This document shows positions 36,029-49,123 of a DNA stretch of 64,000 nt, piece by piece (positions within the stretch are counted from its first letter, which is position 1; each line of letters starts with the position of its first letter). This DNA is from Trichosphaerium sp. ATCC 40318 (lineage: Eukaryota > Protista > Tubulinea). Position numbers and translations under genes: made by a program. Where the stretch lies: the NCBI GenBank assembly GCA_038496445.1, contig JALMLS010000538.1:124001-188000 (forward strand), in the 5' to 3' direction. The notes under the pieces are model-generated. The model saw only the letters and a program-made list of their open reading frames with translations, made no database searches and was not told the origin of the DNA.

Positions 36029-36763
36029 TTATTCCAACTGTACTTTCTTGCCATCAACATAATAACACTCCTCCTTTAACCCGCCTAGGTAGTGCCAACT
36101 CTTGTATTCTGCATGATATTGACCATCAATATAACTACATTGCTCTTTTAAACTACCGTCTTGACGCCACTGCTTGTACTCTCCATGATAGCGACCATTT
36201 ACATAGCTACATTCTATATGTAATAACCCATTATTATGCCAACGCATACAACTGCCGTGACATTTGCCTGAAACGTAATTACACTGCATGGACAATTGAC
36301 CATTGAAATACCACTCCTTATGCTCTCCAATACGCTTACCCATGATATAATTACATTGTTGTTTTAACTGGCCGTTGACATGCCACGTTTTGTATTCACC
36401 TTCATACTTGCCTTTGATAAAATTACATAACTTTACCAGGTGGTTGCACTCCCATTCTTTGTACTCTCCTTCAAGTACACTATTTGCATAATTGCACTCT
36501 CTCCACAATTTACCTTTATACCAACGCTTCCGTACTCCATGTTTCCTACCATGTTTCCAGTACTGTTGAAGAGTTAAGCTTCCATCTTTCCTAGTTTGCC
36601 ATTTCCCGTGTTTTTTAAGCTCACCATCATACCTTGTTATCATTGCAGCATATCTTGATAGAAGGGGCCATTGTACATACGCTTTAATGTCTAAATCTAT
36701 TATATCTAGCTGAATCTCTACAGGAAGGCTTAATAGATAACATTGCTCCGATTGTGAGGTCAT
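36029..36763 (-). CDS. F-box-like N-terminus + MORN-variant (YwqK-type) repeat protein, intronless
   Basis: LLSLPVEIQLDII...WPLLSR, then ~8 repeats of GEYKxWxxNGQLxxQCNYxxG. Confidence 0.85.
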   Translation of the reverse strand: MTSQSEQCYLLSLPVEIQLDIIDLDIKAYVQWPLLSRYAAMITRYDGELKKHGKWQTRKDGSLTLQQYWKHGRKHGVRKRWYKGKLWRECNYANSVLEGEYKEWECNHLVKLCNFIKGKYEGEYKTWHVNGQLKQQCNYIMGKRIGEHKEWYFNGQLSMQCNYVSGKCHGSCMRWHNNGLLHIECSYVNGRYHGEYKQWRQDGSLKEQCSYIDGQYHAEYKSWHYLGGLKEECYYVDGKKVQLE

Positions 36764-37110
36764 TGTAGGGATACTGTTTTTCACGTAAGCTTTCTACTAA
36801 AATTCCATAAAAAAACCACTGAAATCGGGTTGCGTTTGTGTTACTTAAGTGACTACAAAGATTCGTAACGAAACAGTTAATCAGGTACAGTCTCTACGGC
36901 CACCTCTAGCAGAAGGTGTTTGTAGTCAAACCATTTTCTTTACCAGAATTAGCTCATTTTGGAATTCATTTTTGTTGATTTTGTGAACAAACGCTCTTTA
37001 TTTTAACATTGGGGATATATTTAAAGATTTAATTGTAATGACTAACTTGGTAATAAAAACATAGAAAAATACAAGAAAGAGAAAAGGGTACAAATACCGA
37101 AAAGCTGCAG

Positions 37111-37785
37111 TTATGAATTGATCATGTGTTTCTTGTATAATCTCTCTACTGTATTAGTAAAACCATATTTTGGATTAATACCATTTGATACAAGAACACC
37201 ATTATCATAAACACCAAAAAAATAACCTGAACCATTAGGATACCATGACTTGAACTCACCATCACATTTACCATTTTTTATACTGCCCATAATATTTTTT
37301 TGACCATTCCTGTACCATGAACAAAAAGAATCACTTAGCCTCCCTTCCCTTGTATTAAACTCCCAATACTTTGAACCATCTTTACGAAAAGTCCTGTAAG
37401 TGACATCATCAATACTTCCATTAATAGAGGTACAAAGAAGAGAGCAAGTCGTTCCATTTGAAATTTCTCTTGTATTTTTTGGACGACGACTTAATTTGTT
37501 CTTGATTGGATAGTACTCCTTGTATTCTATTAAGTGTCCGTTGTTGAATGTAGCTATTGAATAGTGTGTTGATGTTGTAGACAAGCCGTAGTTGTAATGT
37601 TTTGCTGAAAGGAATTTACCATGTTTGTTCATTTTATCATCAAAACGAGTTGTTACAGCTGTTTTTCTGCATAGTAGCGGCCATTTTATGTAGGATTCAA
37701 TATCAACGTCTTTTATTGCCAACTGGAGCTCTATAGGTAAATCAAGAAGGTGTTTATGTTTAATTTCCGTTATATTTGTGTCCAT
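37111..37785 (-). CDS. F-box-like N-terminus + MORN-variant repeat protein, intronless (diverged paralog)
   Basis: LLDLPIELQLAIKDVDIESYIKWPLLCRK...RFDDKMNKHGK; WYRNGQK, GEFKSWYPNG. Confidence 0.8.
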   Translation of the reverse strand: MDTNITEIKHKHLLDLPIELQLAIKDVDIESYIKWPLLCRKTAVTTRFDDKMNKHGKFLSAKHYNYGLSTTSTHYSIATFNNGHLIEYKEYYPIKNKLSRRPKNTREISNGTTCSLLCTSINGSIDDVTYRTFRKDGSKYWEFNTREGRLSDSFCSWYRNGQKNIMGSIKNGKCDGEFKSWYPNGSGYFFGVYDNGVLVSNGINPKYGFTNTVERLYKKHMINS

Positions 37786-38175
37786 GGTTTATTTTCAGCT
37801 AAGACCTTCGAGAAAAAAAAAAGTCAATAATAATCTATTGTTTAAGCCTCCTAGAAGATTGTGATACGCGGAAGGTTTCATGTGACTGCTTTAGATTACC
37901 ACCTTATGTATGCCTGTTGACCAATTGTCTTTTTAAATGACTTTGGTACAGTTAGGCAAAGCGTTTGATAAGGCTGAGGAGTAGTAAACACTATACAATG
38001 CTACTTTGGCAAGTGTAGTGCATCACACTATTTTGTCGCTTAACCGTTTTTAGCTAGTGCATTGATTAATTTTGTTTTCAAGCTTGTTTTGTCGTTCCAG
38101 GTACGAAAGGAGGTAAAACAGTTCACATAAATCAATTTTATTTGACATCTACAATTGTTTGTACTTTTTTACGAT

Positions 38176-40166
38176 CTACTGTTGTTCTTGTAGACTCCTT
38201 GCAACTTGTTCCATTTTCTTCATGGCTCTTATCAAATTACCACCTAATATTTTTATAATATCTTCCTTTGAATATCCTTTTTTTAATAGGGCCTCAAACA
38301 AGAAAGGATAACGTGATACATCCTTCAACCTGCGAAAAAATTCATGAGTTTTAAGAAAAAAGAAAGAAAAGTTTTTGAGGTTGTTTGTGTATGACGCACC
38401 CTGTAGGTAAGCTTGTACTTGGTGTGCCATCGTAGTCGCCACCAATGCCAATGTGATCTGGTCCAATAAGATTCTTAATATGATCAATATGCTTTACAAC
38501 GTCATCAATTGTTGCTGTTCCATTTGCTACCAAAAACGAGCTTACAAAGGTAACCTAATAGTGATTTTAACATAAATAAAACGATTGAGAACGTACCATC
38601 ACTAGACCACCATTTTCTGGCAGTAATTTTAGAACATCATCAGGTACATTACGAGGATTATTGTTGACAGCCTTTGCTAAAAAAAAGTTAGAACAGCTGG
38701 AGAAAAGTGGACATTGATGTCAAGGCAATTGCTCATAAAAACGAGAATCTTAATACGCTATCAGTTATGTAGTTAAACCTAAAGCTTGAACAGAAACATT
38801 TTCAAGTTTTGATAGTTTATGGCCAACATTAAAGGAGAACAAAGTCCGAAACCAAAAGAAAGAAAGAAAAAAAGATGTAAACTAGGTACCTGAACTGTGG
38901 CTAAAAATAACTGGCGCTGCAGTAACGTTAAGTGCATCACGCATTGTTTGGGGTGCGACATGACTAAGCTACAGTTAGATACGACTATTTTGCTAGAAAC
39001 ACTACACCTCAAGTCAACAAACATGCCCATCTTGTTCATTTCTCGCACAACTTGTTCTCCGAATGTAGTCAAACCAATTACATTTGGATAATCATCTTCA
39101 AAATTATTTGCAGCTTGAGCCCAGAATGTATTACAGTTATGTGTTAGAGTCATATATCTAACACCAGAACCATAGAAGTGACGTAGGTTATTTAAGATGG
39201 TCTCCTCATTCGTTGAATTACCAAGCTGATGTCCTCCTTCAATACCTTTCGCGATTATAGTTAGCATTGACTTTCAACTAACAACTCCCTTTCGTACCCA
39301 TAAATGAAGGTAAGCGCTTTGGGAATACCCTCTCTATATCAGAGGCATTATAGGTACATTCCATAGCAGTTGGGTTAGCCTTGCATAACCCCTGAACGAC
39401 GCCAATTTGCATGTCAGTTCTGTTTACAGCATGAGGTGTTCCACAAGGAATAAAAACAGACCAAAATTGAGCTCCAAGTTTACCAATATGTATACGCGGT
39501 ATATCTGTCTGAAGTTGTGGTTGTGATACCTAAAATAAACGATTTAAATTGAAACGTTTTTACGACACAACGTAGTGTAATCGAGTCAACAAAAACGTAA
39601 AACATTTGAACATTGTTTTTTGGATTTTTTTTCCATATTTGGAAGTCTCCAAAAAAACTTATCCCACGTACTGCAAAATTCATTTTAGATATGTTATCCT
39701 TAACATGCTTATAGTATTGCCATGGGATATCATTATGACCATCAATTAGAGGATGCTCTGACTAACAAAAACGTCAAAAAATGGAAACAACAAAAAAAAC
39801 TGTATTGAGATCGGAGGTTGTATTGAGAGTTCCAAATGCACTCACCATGATTTTCTGAGCTTGTTGAAAGAAAGTAGGCTTCGTCGGAGCTTTCGGCCGA
39901 TAAAAAACAACAACACTTACTAAGTAAGCAACGGCTATTGCAATTCGTTAACAATAGAGTACATAGGCGGTTGAAATGTGTTTTTGTTCCCATTTGTTGA
40001 TCGTTTATGGTTTAAGACGTTGCAAACCACGCTTAACGATGTGTTATTGCGTATTTCGCGTACCTGCAAGTACAACAACGCCAATTGCTACGCCTAATAA
40101 TATTTTTCTCGTTGGACTATGCCTACGGTTAAAGTGCTCACGCGACTTTGGTAAAAGAGGTTGCAT
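38176..40166 (-). CDS. Membrane dipeptidase (peptidase M19), type II membrane anchor (spliced)
   Basis: N-terminal TM segment; [80 protein letters not shown]. Confidence 0.92.
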
Positions 40167-40556
40167 AGTCGTTTTCTTTTCGTTTTTTCACAACTTTCGA
40201 ATATTATCGCCGACTTAACACTCATTTTTGTTTAAGTCCAATTTCGATTGACCATTAACGTTATATGACGTCTACTCGTTCACTCTGCAACGTTACAAGT
40301 CAGTTTTTGCTTTCAGGTCGCCAAATCTATCTAACTATAAGCGATACATTGTTTTCGTTACACACGTGCGTACCTACCTTATTTCACGTGCGCTCTCTGT
40401 GCGGTAATTATCTCTACAATACGGGTTAGGCAACTACATCTAGTCTGTTTAATTATTTATTAATAAGTGGTTGTTCGCGAAAGTTAAAGCCAAACAAAAA
40501 AATTTCAAAAAAAGGATGAAAAGCTTTATTAAATGAGCAAGGTCGATTAGATTGTT

Positions 40557-41954
40557 CTACAAGAGAAAGAAAGCAGAAAAGAACAATAGTGCGATACTAG
40601 CAATGATAGTAACAGAACCAGATCCAGAACCAGATCCTCCACTTGGAGCTTCAGTCGGTGCGACAGTTGGGTCAGGAGTAGGCTCCGAGGGACCAGACGT
40701 GACGGGACCGGCAGCAGTTGGACTACTTTCTTCAACAGAAACTTCAATGCGTGGTAGAACGTTTGTAACAGCTGTCAGCATCTGATAGTTTCCAGGTCCA
40801 GTAATATTCACTAACGTTTCAATTAGCAACCCATACTCAAAGGATTGAAATAACCAAAAGCTGGAAGAAAAAAAATGTCGTACTAATGGCAGCAGATAGT
40901 GGTTTCAAGAAGAAAGGTGTGTCCGGGTTTCTATCAGGGTTTGGCTCAATGGTTATTACAGCCATGTAGTCCTCACACAAACTATCAAAAAAATTAGTCG
41001 CTGATTCGTTGATTATCAAACACAAAATAAGAAAAAGGAAAAAATCACGTGATTTTTTTTTGTTTTTTTTTTTTCTCGTACTCCTTAGTTACAGTCATTA
41101 CGTAATCTTGACCTGGGTACATAGGCGCCGAATCTGGGCCAGCGTATGGGCCAGCACCATCAGAATCAGGGCCTGCAGGATCAGTAAAAGTACCAGTAGA
41201 CATTGGCATTGGGTTCTGTGGATCACTGATATCTACTACCCAACCTTCGTATTGCCATCCAGTTGGAGGTGTTGGTAGATTTAATGATGCGCTAGGGCCG
41301 GTGGCATTAAAGAACCATATACCATTGCATTCATCTGTAGTATCATTTCCTGATGTAGGCGTAGCTAAGAAAAAAGTACCAGCGAGATCGGCAAAAGGAT
41401 CAGCACCTAAGAAAAAAGGTTAATGAAGGCTTAGTGATTAAAACGGCTGGTTTCGAAACAAAAGTCCGGACGGATAATTTAGATAGTTATTTGTAAAAAT
41501 AGGCTTTCTTTCTAGCGGAGAAAGTACCCCATATGCTGTCTGCAGATAGTATCGTCTTTTGTTCAGAAAATACACCTGATACTACTTTTGAAGTGCTTGG
41601 AGTGGTAGGCATTGTACCCTGTTCCTCAATTGTGATACTAGTAAATTAGTAAGTAATTACAATCAAAGAAGGTTTTTGAAGTTTGTTGGATTGAGGTACT
41701 ATGAGGGTCACGTACAAGAACTCTGTATTGTCTGGTATCATTGTGGCGCCTTGGAAATTAAAATCAAACGTTACTGACATCGGCGTATCCGCAGTAATAT
41801 TGAGCTGACCAACAGCAACTGTTATACCCACGTTTGCCCAACCGAAGTATACTTCATTGTCGGCGAGAGCGCCCAGACGTGTTATGAATGATAACTCAAC
41901 GCTTAGGCAATAAGCGCTAGCAATAATGGCCAAGGAGATTAGTATTATCTTCAT
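40557..41954 (-). CDS. Secreted, probably GPI-anchored cell-surface protein with Pro/Thr/Ser-rich stalk (spliced)
   Basis: Signal peptide MKIILISLAIIASAYC; C-terminal PSEPTPDPTVAPTEAPSGGSGSGSGS followed by hydrophobic tail VTIIASIALLFFSAFFLL*. Confidence 0.75.
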
Positions 41955-42779
41955 TTCTTTTCTTTACTGCGGAGAAGGTGTTCCCAAGTGAAATGAAGTG
42001 TAAATTTTTGTACATTTTGAAAAACAAGACAACCACATAAAGGAAGAATGCGGAGATAGTCGTGTACCTCCATTTTTCTTATTTTATATATTTAGACAGC
42101 TGTTTGTTGCCGAGGTTAAAATTAAATACACGTGGGATAAAATACTTACGAAAAGTTGTTCTGGTGATTCTCATTCGACTACTACGCACGTGGGTTAGAA
42201 ATAGTTCTATTGTGGTAAGTTTTTTTTTGCTTGAACGAACCCATAGTCCTTTAGGTAGAAAATACTTGCCCATTATGTAAACGGATGTTGGGAAAGATAT
42301 CCAAGACTCAATTGTGGGGTAAATGTACACTGAACCCAATAGTCCCGTAACTATTGTTGGCCATCAAAAGCCAGGCTTATAGTTTGTTGCTAATTTCAAA
42401 TTTTGGTTCTTGGGTTCGCCAGATTGTGGATCATTAAGCAGTAATATTACTCTTGTAACTGGTTATGATATTGTAAAAGTACTGGGAAGTTATGACAATG
42501 AGTTTTATTTTCGTAATGTACAAATGAGCCTTTTGGTTTGATTGAAGCAAAATTGTTTTGGACTTTTCTCTGGTTTAGGAATTTCCTATTTACCTCTTTG
42601 CTTTTCGTTTTCCTACAATTAAAATAAGTGCAATGCACAAACAAACTCTCCAGTCACTAACAGTTGCATGGACGGAACTTAAAATGTAAAAAGTTGAAAA
42701 AATCCATGAAATTCAAATAACAAAAAAGTCTTGGATATTTCACATCAAATTGCACTTCGTGTTGAATTTCATTTGTTCT

Positions 42780-43877
42780 TCAATGAGTACTAATAACCCA
42801 GGAGTATAGATATACAGTATTTTTAAAAAACTTGATCCACAGTATTGCATACAAACCAAACAAAAAAAAAAAGTTCATTTTCAAAAAAAAACGTACTTGT
42901 AGCTTTACGCCGTTTCTTAGCCATAACCTTTGCGATTGCAGGTCTATTTCTTTTTGCCATAAAGCTCTGTTGTTTATACTGCTTCTTTTGTAGTCTTGCG
43001 ATTGTAATACCCTTCTCAGCTGCTTTATCCAACTTTTGGTTAAAGGCCTCTTCTTGTTCTTTCTTTTTTTGTAATTGCTGCTTCGTGAGCTTTCTCTTCT
43101 TCCTTGTTGGTAGTATTTCTGTAGCTAAACCAACAGGTACTGTCTGTACATCAACTTCAACATTATTCAGGCCACCAACGTTGTAAGCAACTTGGGTATC
43201 TTCTTTTTTACCGTAACGGTCCCAACAGTATTGAGAGCACGTATGGAACGGATTATCTATGTTCTTGCACTGCGGGCATTGTCCAACTGCAAAGAACTTT
43301 TTTAGTATTTGGTTTTTTTTATGCTCTCTAAAACCACTTGATTGTATTCACTGGCTCGTGGTGCTTCTAAAGAGAAGAAAAATGGAATTTTTTCCGACAT
43401 AGGAAGGAAATTAGGTGTAAAACGTACGAATATTATTATCGCCAGGTGCGCGATCACCGTCAATGAGTGTACGTTGGAATGCTTTGATTTCTGCGTTTGC
43501 TTCACGTAGAGATTTTAACTTGATTTTTAGTTAGCTTCATACGCATATAAGACGCGTACTTCACGCTTTTGTGATATTTTCGCAATACGAAATTTTTCCT
43601 GGGCTTCTTTCTCTCCCTGTATTGCTCGTTTGCGTTTACGCCTGCTAAAACCGCTTACATAATCCCTGTTGTGGTTGTTAGGATATCATAGGAGCGATTA
43701 CATTTGGTTTTACCTTCTTGATTCTTCGTTAAATTCAACTTTGCTTGTGTTCGTCTGTAATGGCTTATTGAAAGCAGAAAAGTACTTTTCATTATTGTCA
43801 ACACCTTTTGAGTACTTTGTGTCGAATTGCGCTCCACGCTTTCCGCGCTTATTACTAAACTTCTTGAACATAGCCAT
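42780..43877 (-). CDS. NOL12: Nucleolar protein 12 / Rrp17 (Nop25 family) with internal Cys/His motif (spliced; 3' end uncertain)
   Basis: KVEFNEESRRDYVSGFSRRKRKRAIQGEKEAQEK matches the Nop25 motif F...R..YL.GF.KRK..R; Lys-rich tail; internal CPQCKNIDNPFHTCSQYC. Confidence 0.7.
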
Positions 43878-44064
43878 GGTTGGTGTACGGCTACTGTAGC
43901 TAAAAAAAACAAGTAGAAAGACTGTTCGCGACTTACCCGCATGTGAGCTTTTTTCTCAGCTTTACAGGTCAAATTTCCGGCATAACTTTTTGCAAAGCTG
44001 TGCCAAAAGAACAGGCCAGGTTTCTTCTATTTCCAACGTTTGATTAGTAATGTGGGCATTTACA

Positions 44065-47000
44065 ATGCTCTCACGTGCTACTTTTCTAGTGATTATTATT
44101 TCATTGCTAGCGCAATCAAAAGCCTCCAAGTACGCTCGGAGCCCGAGATAACGGGTCTACCCATTTACGATTTACGTTACCTAATTTGTATGTAGACGCC
44201 CTAAACATGTTTGTATACATGATCATACAGTAGAGCAATACAAACACGAACAATTTATGTATGTCACGTGATAACAATCCAAAAAAATCCCTAAAACTAA
44301 TACATTACAGAGCTCCGCAACGGTATGATTTAAGAAGCCAAAAGCGCCAACAAGGTGGGCCTTACACTCAACCTTATCGTATTAAGTACATGGCTATGTG
44401 GGATGACGCATCACAGGACGACCACACTTGTAAAACGGCAGGTGCGAACACTTGAAGTCAAATCCTCTTCATTGAACATGTTTTTTTGTCAAGGTTCTAC
44501 TGTTATGGTTCAAGAAGGTACCGGACTAGTCCCGTACACTTGTCAGGAAGACGATATTATGACAGCGCAGAAATCCAATTTCTTATTGGATATCCTTGTA
44601 AATGAATCCGCTATATTCTACAATGAAGCTCTAAACGTTATTCCAATATCAGGTATCCAAAAAAAAAAATTACATCTTTCTTACAATACTTTACAGGCAA
44701 CTTGATGCTTCGCACTAACCCACAAACTTGCGGTAATAGGATATATTATTTAAGCATACTATACTAACACTTTGAATTTCTTAGGTGGTATTCCAATCCC
44801 TGATAGCTTCAGAAACCCAGGTGTTAGCGATGCTGACTTTGTTTTATTTGTAAGATTGTTTTTCTTTTCTTGACAAGCTAACAACTTGGCCGATAGATTC
44901 GGGCTCACCCAATCCCATGCGCTACTCAATCATGCACTCTAGCGTTTGCGTACGCTCCAAACAAACAAAAACCTTTTGTTTACTTTTTATTTCCAGAACA
45001 ACTTGTGGATATGATATAAGTCCTGTTGGTGGTGCAGGGTACGCTAACTGTTTTACAACAAAAGTTGGGTGAAATCTCCCATTTCCTCCAGAAACTTGAG
45101 AGAGGATTTTTGCGTCGTTTTTACGTTCACTAATTACTATATTTAGAGGAAGAGGAAGGTAAAGTCCGATTCTAAAAAAAAAAACTTTTGTAGTTGAAAG
45201 TGTTCACGTGCTCTCTACAGGCCTTTGATAGGATTTGTAAATTTTAATCCAAAGTCTCTTTCTCTTGATGAATCACAACGCGCAGGCCAAGTAGGACTCG
45301 CTAAACATGAGATAGCGCATGCTATTGGTACTTGAAAACAGCAGTTTAAAAAAAACAGGTTTTTTTTTCTGATATTTGCTTTAGGATTTAGTAGAGATGT
45401 GTTTGAGAATAGCCAAGGGTTACAGACGTACAATACTCAAATGGATATATGGGAGCACGTTCCCGCCGATCAAATTACAAAAACGGAAACTGTGGCTTCA
45501 GGTAAACACGTGCACTATGAATAGTCTTTATTTATAAACACCGTTCTGCTTTTTTTTGGCTCAAAACTCGTTTAGGAAAGAGTACGAAGTCAGTTACTAA
45601 GATAATAACACCAACGGTTGTTTCTTTTGTAAGAGACCATTTTGATTGTCCAACGCTTGATGGTGTACGAACTGGTTTTGAACAAGAAAAGAAATATGTT
45701 TATTAATTTGTTTACAGGCTGAACTTGAGGATGGTGGAGGTTCTGGTACAGCCTTATCTCATTGGGTATGTTAAAGTGTATGTTATAATCTATAAAAATA
45801 ACTCGTTCTTGTTATAGGAGAAAAGGTTATTCTTTTCAGAGTACATGACAGGAACAGCTGTGCGACTTTAGAGATTGTTTCCTAGACTGTAAAAGATTAC
45901 TTATTAAATGTTCTTAGGAACGATTCCCTGTGAAATCTTTGCTTACTCTGGGTGCTCTACAAGATACAGGCTGGTATCAAGCAAAACCAGAAGCTGCAGA
46001 AACTCTTGGATGGGGCGCAGGCGCTGTACGCATAGCAATAAAATACAAACTATTAAGGCACCAAAAAGACTGACTGTCACTGTTAGGGTTGCAATTTTGC
46101 GACTGGGGATTGTGGGTTATGGGATGATCATGGTACTGGTACTGTTAATGGATTCAAGTGTACATCAAATAGCGCTTTTTCAACAACTGGAAGATGTACA
46201 GCAGATCAAATAGGATATGGACCTTGCAACATAGGACAGATATCAAACTTGCCTGAGGAATATCAACACTTTAATGATCCACAACTAGGAGGTCAGAATG
46301 ATCTCGCTGATTATTGTGCTTTCTACCACCCTTCTCAGTTCTGTGCTACAGGTATGTATTTCATATAACCGATTAAAAGCCCTCAAGAACCTCCAGATTT
46401 TCGCCTTTTTTTCTGTTTGACATCTGTCAAGTCGTACTGATCGGAAGTGATGAATCTGAGACCTTTTCTCCAATTTTTTTATGCGCAATACTCACGTGTG
46501 TTTGATTAGATGATGGTAGTCGTTTTGAAATTGCAGATTCAGGACAAGCTCGGTGTGAGTCTTGTAGATGCTTTCAGAGTAGTTTGGCTTCAACTGTACT
46601 TAATATAGCTATTCCACAAAACTCTGAACCAAGGTGCTATAACATAACATGTGTGAGTAGCACACAACTCAGAGTCATGGGTAAGGACGTTCAAATGGTG
46701 TTCTAAATTAATCATTTGAATCTAGTGAACCTCGTGTGGTATGATTGTATACAAGGAGCAAACATAAAGGTAATTCAGTTTTTAAAGTGCTTTTTTTGAC
46801 TTTTTTTCGTTTAGCCTTTGGGATATGGAGGTAACTTGCTTTGCGCTTCTGGTTCAATCAAAAGGCTTTGTGCCGCTCAAACAACTACTGATACGGAATG
46901 GCCTACTTTTGCGAGTATCACACCACAGTCCGGACCTCCAGAAACACGTGTCAATATAACAGGTAAAAACAAAAAAACATACTTTATCTCTTTTTTCATT

Positions 47001-47651
47001 TCACTCTTCAACCACAATCTATGCCTGGAGATTAGTCAAAATAATCGCAACCATGAGAGTGTTATTAATGTATTAATTGTTTAATATCTCTAACTGACGC
47101 CAAGGAACGAATTTTAACAAAACTGATATGATGGAAGTATATATCAACCACGCTCAAATGACTGATGTTGTTGTACATTCTGATACTCTATTATCAGCAA
47201 CGCTACCAACTCATGACTCTTTTGTATCTGTAACACGTTTATTCGGCAATCAAAGAGATTACGTTTTCGTTAGAGATGCACAAACGCGAACAGCTTTCAT
47301 AGACGATGCTTTTAAGGTAACACTTCCATCAACTCCTTTTCTTTCCTTATTAATGGCGTCTAGGTTGATATAAAGTTTGGAAAGGAATATTTTGAAGCTG
47401 TTGGTCAATGGGCACGTGATAACCCAGGTGCTTTCGCTGGTACGCTCGCAAGAGACTCAAGACTTTAAAACCAAACTTTTTTGATGTTGTTCCATTTTTT
47501 TTCTTACACGTGTTCACGTCAAGGTATTGTTATTGGTATTACTTTGCCTATAATTTTGGTAATTCTATTGATTGTATGGTGTTGTGTAAGAGCGAATAAG
47601 AGGAAGAAGGAGAAGAAAAGACGTCAAGAGGAATTAGAAGCATACAATTGA
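44065..47651 (+). CDS. Leishmanolysin/GP63-like metallopeptidase M8 with IPT/TIG domain and C-terminal TM helix (about 20 introns)
   Basis: Signal peptide, CIHDH, DADFVLF, GRPLIGFVNFNP, HEIAHAIGFS (HExxH), ELEDGGGSGTALSHWEKR...EYMTG, LQDTGWY; ITPQSGPPETRVNITG (IPT); TM followed by basic tail. Confidence 0.92.
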
Positions 47652-47919
47652 GAACTGAACAAAAAAAAACAAAAAAGAAAAACAATAAAAATCATTTCTG
47701 TTAGTGTTTGTCACATGTTGAATTACGCCACTCCACGTCAAAATCTACGCCTCAATAGACACAACACCTTTTGAGTAATTCGTCATGAACAGTCCACTTC
47801 CGTTTTGTCAAAACTCGAAAACAGAAAAGCGCTTCCATAAGCCTTGTAAACGTTTTCTAGCGGGTATACTGGCGTAGTACGCTCACCGGGTAAATAAAGC
47901 GGAAGTAAATGCCAAGCGA

Positions 47920-48891
47920 ATGCTCAAATCGCTCAGCACTGTGTTTCAAGCTTGTCGGGTATTTCTCTAGCCAATACCAAGAAGCCCGCCTTTGCTGAAA
48001 AGGTTACCAAAATCCGAAAACCGAGAAAAAGCCCAAATCTCGTTTGGTGGACATTATACTGACCAGAATGTCAGGGAAGCGTAACCTCGTACCTAAACCG
48101 TTCAAAGTGATGCCTTTAGCAGTCCCTGAGATAGTGTCAATGGTTTTAAAAAAAGCGGCGTACGAAGATATTGCTAGAGCAACACCAGTGTGCCATATGT
48201 GGTGTGATGAAGGGCGTAGAGTGATGTACGGTAGAAGATGTTCCATTTTAAATTTTAAATTGACTGACACGCGTCAAAAGGCATTCTAGAGAGTACTACA
48301 AATCTACTGATACCATCGACGTTGATGATTTGAACGCTTTACTCAAAATGATAGAGCATCGGATAAAAACGCTTAAAGTACGACTGTCCTCGTCCCTCTT
48401 GGCCTTACGTGCCTTTAGGAACGCAAAGAAGAGTTTGCTACTGCGCTCATCAAAAAGCGGCGAGAATCACCAGAGTACGCGTCAATGGATCCGCGTACTA
48501 AATTTCAACAGTGGCTTGAGCATGCAGAGAGAAAAGAAATGGGTAAGCCCGCATGGCAAAGCCACAATTTTCATTGAAATGTTGACTTTTGTTTGTACTT
48601 CTCGATTCTAACAAAGTTTCACTAGATTATACTGATCTTAGAGGTACTGCACCAGAATTTAAAGAATGGGTCATGGATAGAGAGTTTAGAAGAGGTTCCA
48701 CACACGATATGCATTGGGTGATAGACGAAATTGTAGATTCAAATTTGCCTGAAGAAACCAAACACAGTACTACATATAAGAAAATTGCGATTGTTCTTAC
48801 TTTTTTTTGCAGCTATAGTAGAGGAAATCATTAATATGGGTATGACACACTACGTCAACGACTGGTAGAACAAGTAATCAGTAGGTTTTAA
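47920..48891 (+). CDS. F-box-like domain protein (spliced; start uncertain)
   Basis: PLAVPEIVSMVLKKAAYEDIARATPVCHMWCDEG F-box-like motif; downstream exons join through GT..AG introns. Confidence 0.6.
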
Positions 48892-49123
48892 TGGTAGTAA
48901 TTGTATACAATGAAGACCAAAGCGAAAACCAAAATGGGAAAATACAATTAAAAAAATCAGTTTCTCAAAACCGTTCTCATTCGTAACATCCAAGTTTTCG
49001 AACAAAGCAATAGCAATAATAGTTAAACACCTTATTGAGGTCTTGAGTATACATCAGTCTGCGTGAATTTAAGTCATTGTTGGCTGGTTTAAGTCTATAC
49101 TTGAACTTGTTGTAAAAAGTGAG

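Noticed and set aside
43215-43300. CPQC...H.C motif as ribosomal protein bL32
   Set aside because: Upstream exons carry the Nop25/Rrp17 motif and the AVPK..S motif of bL32 is absent.
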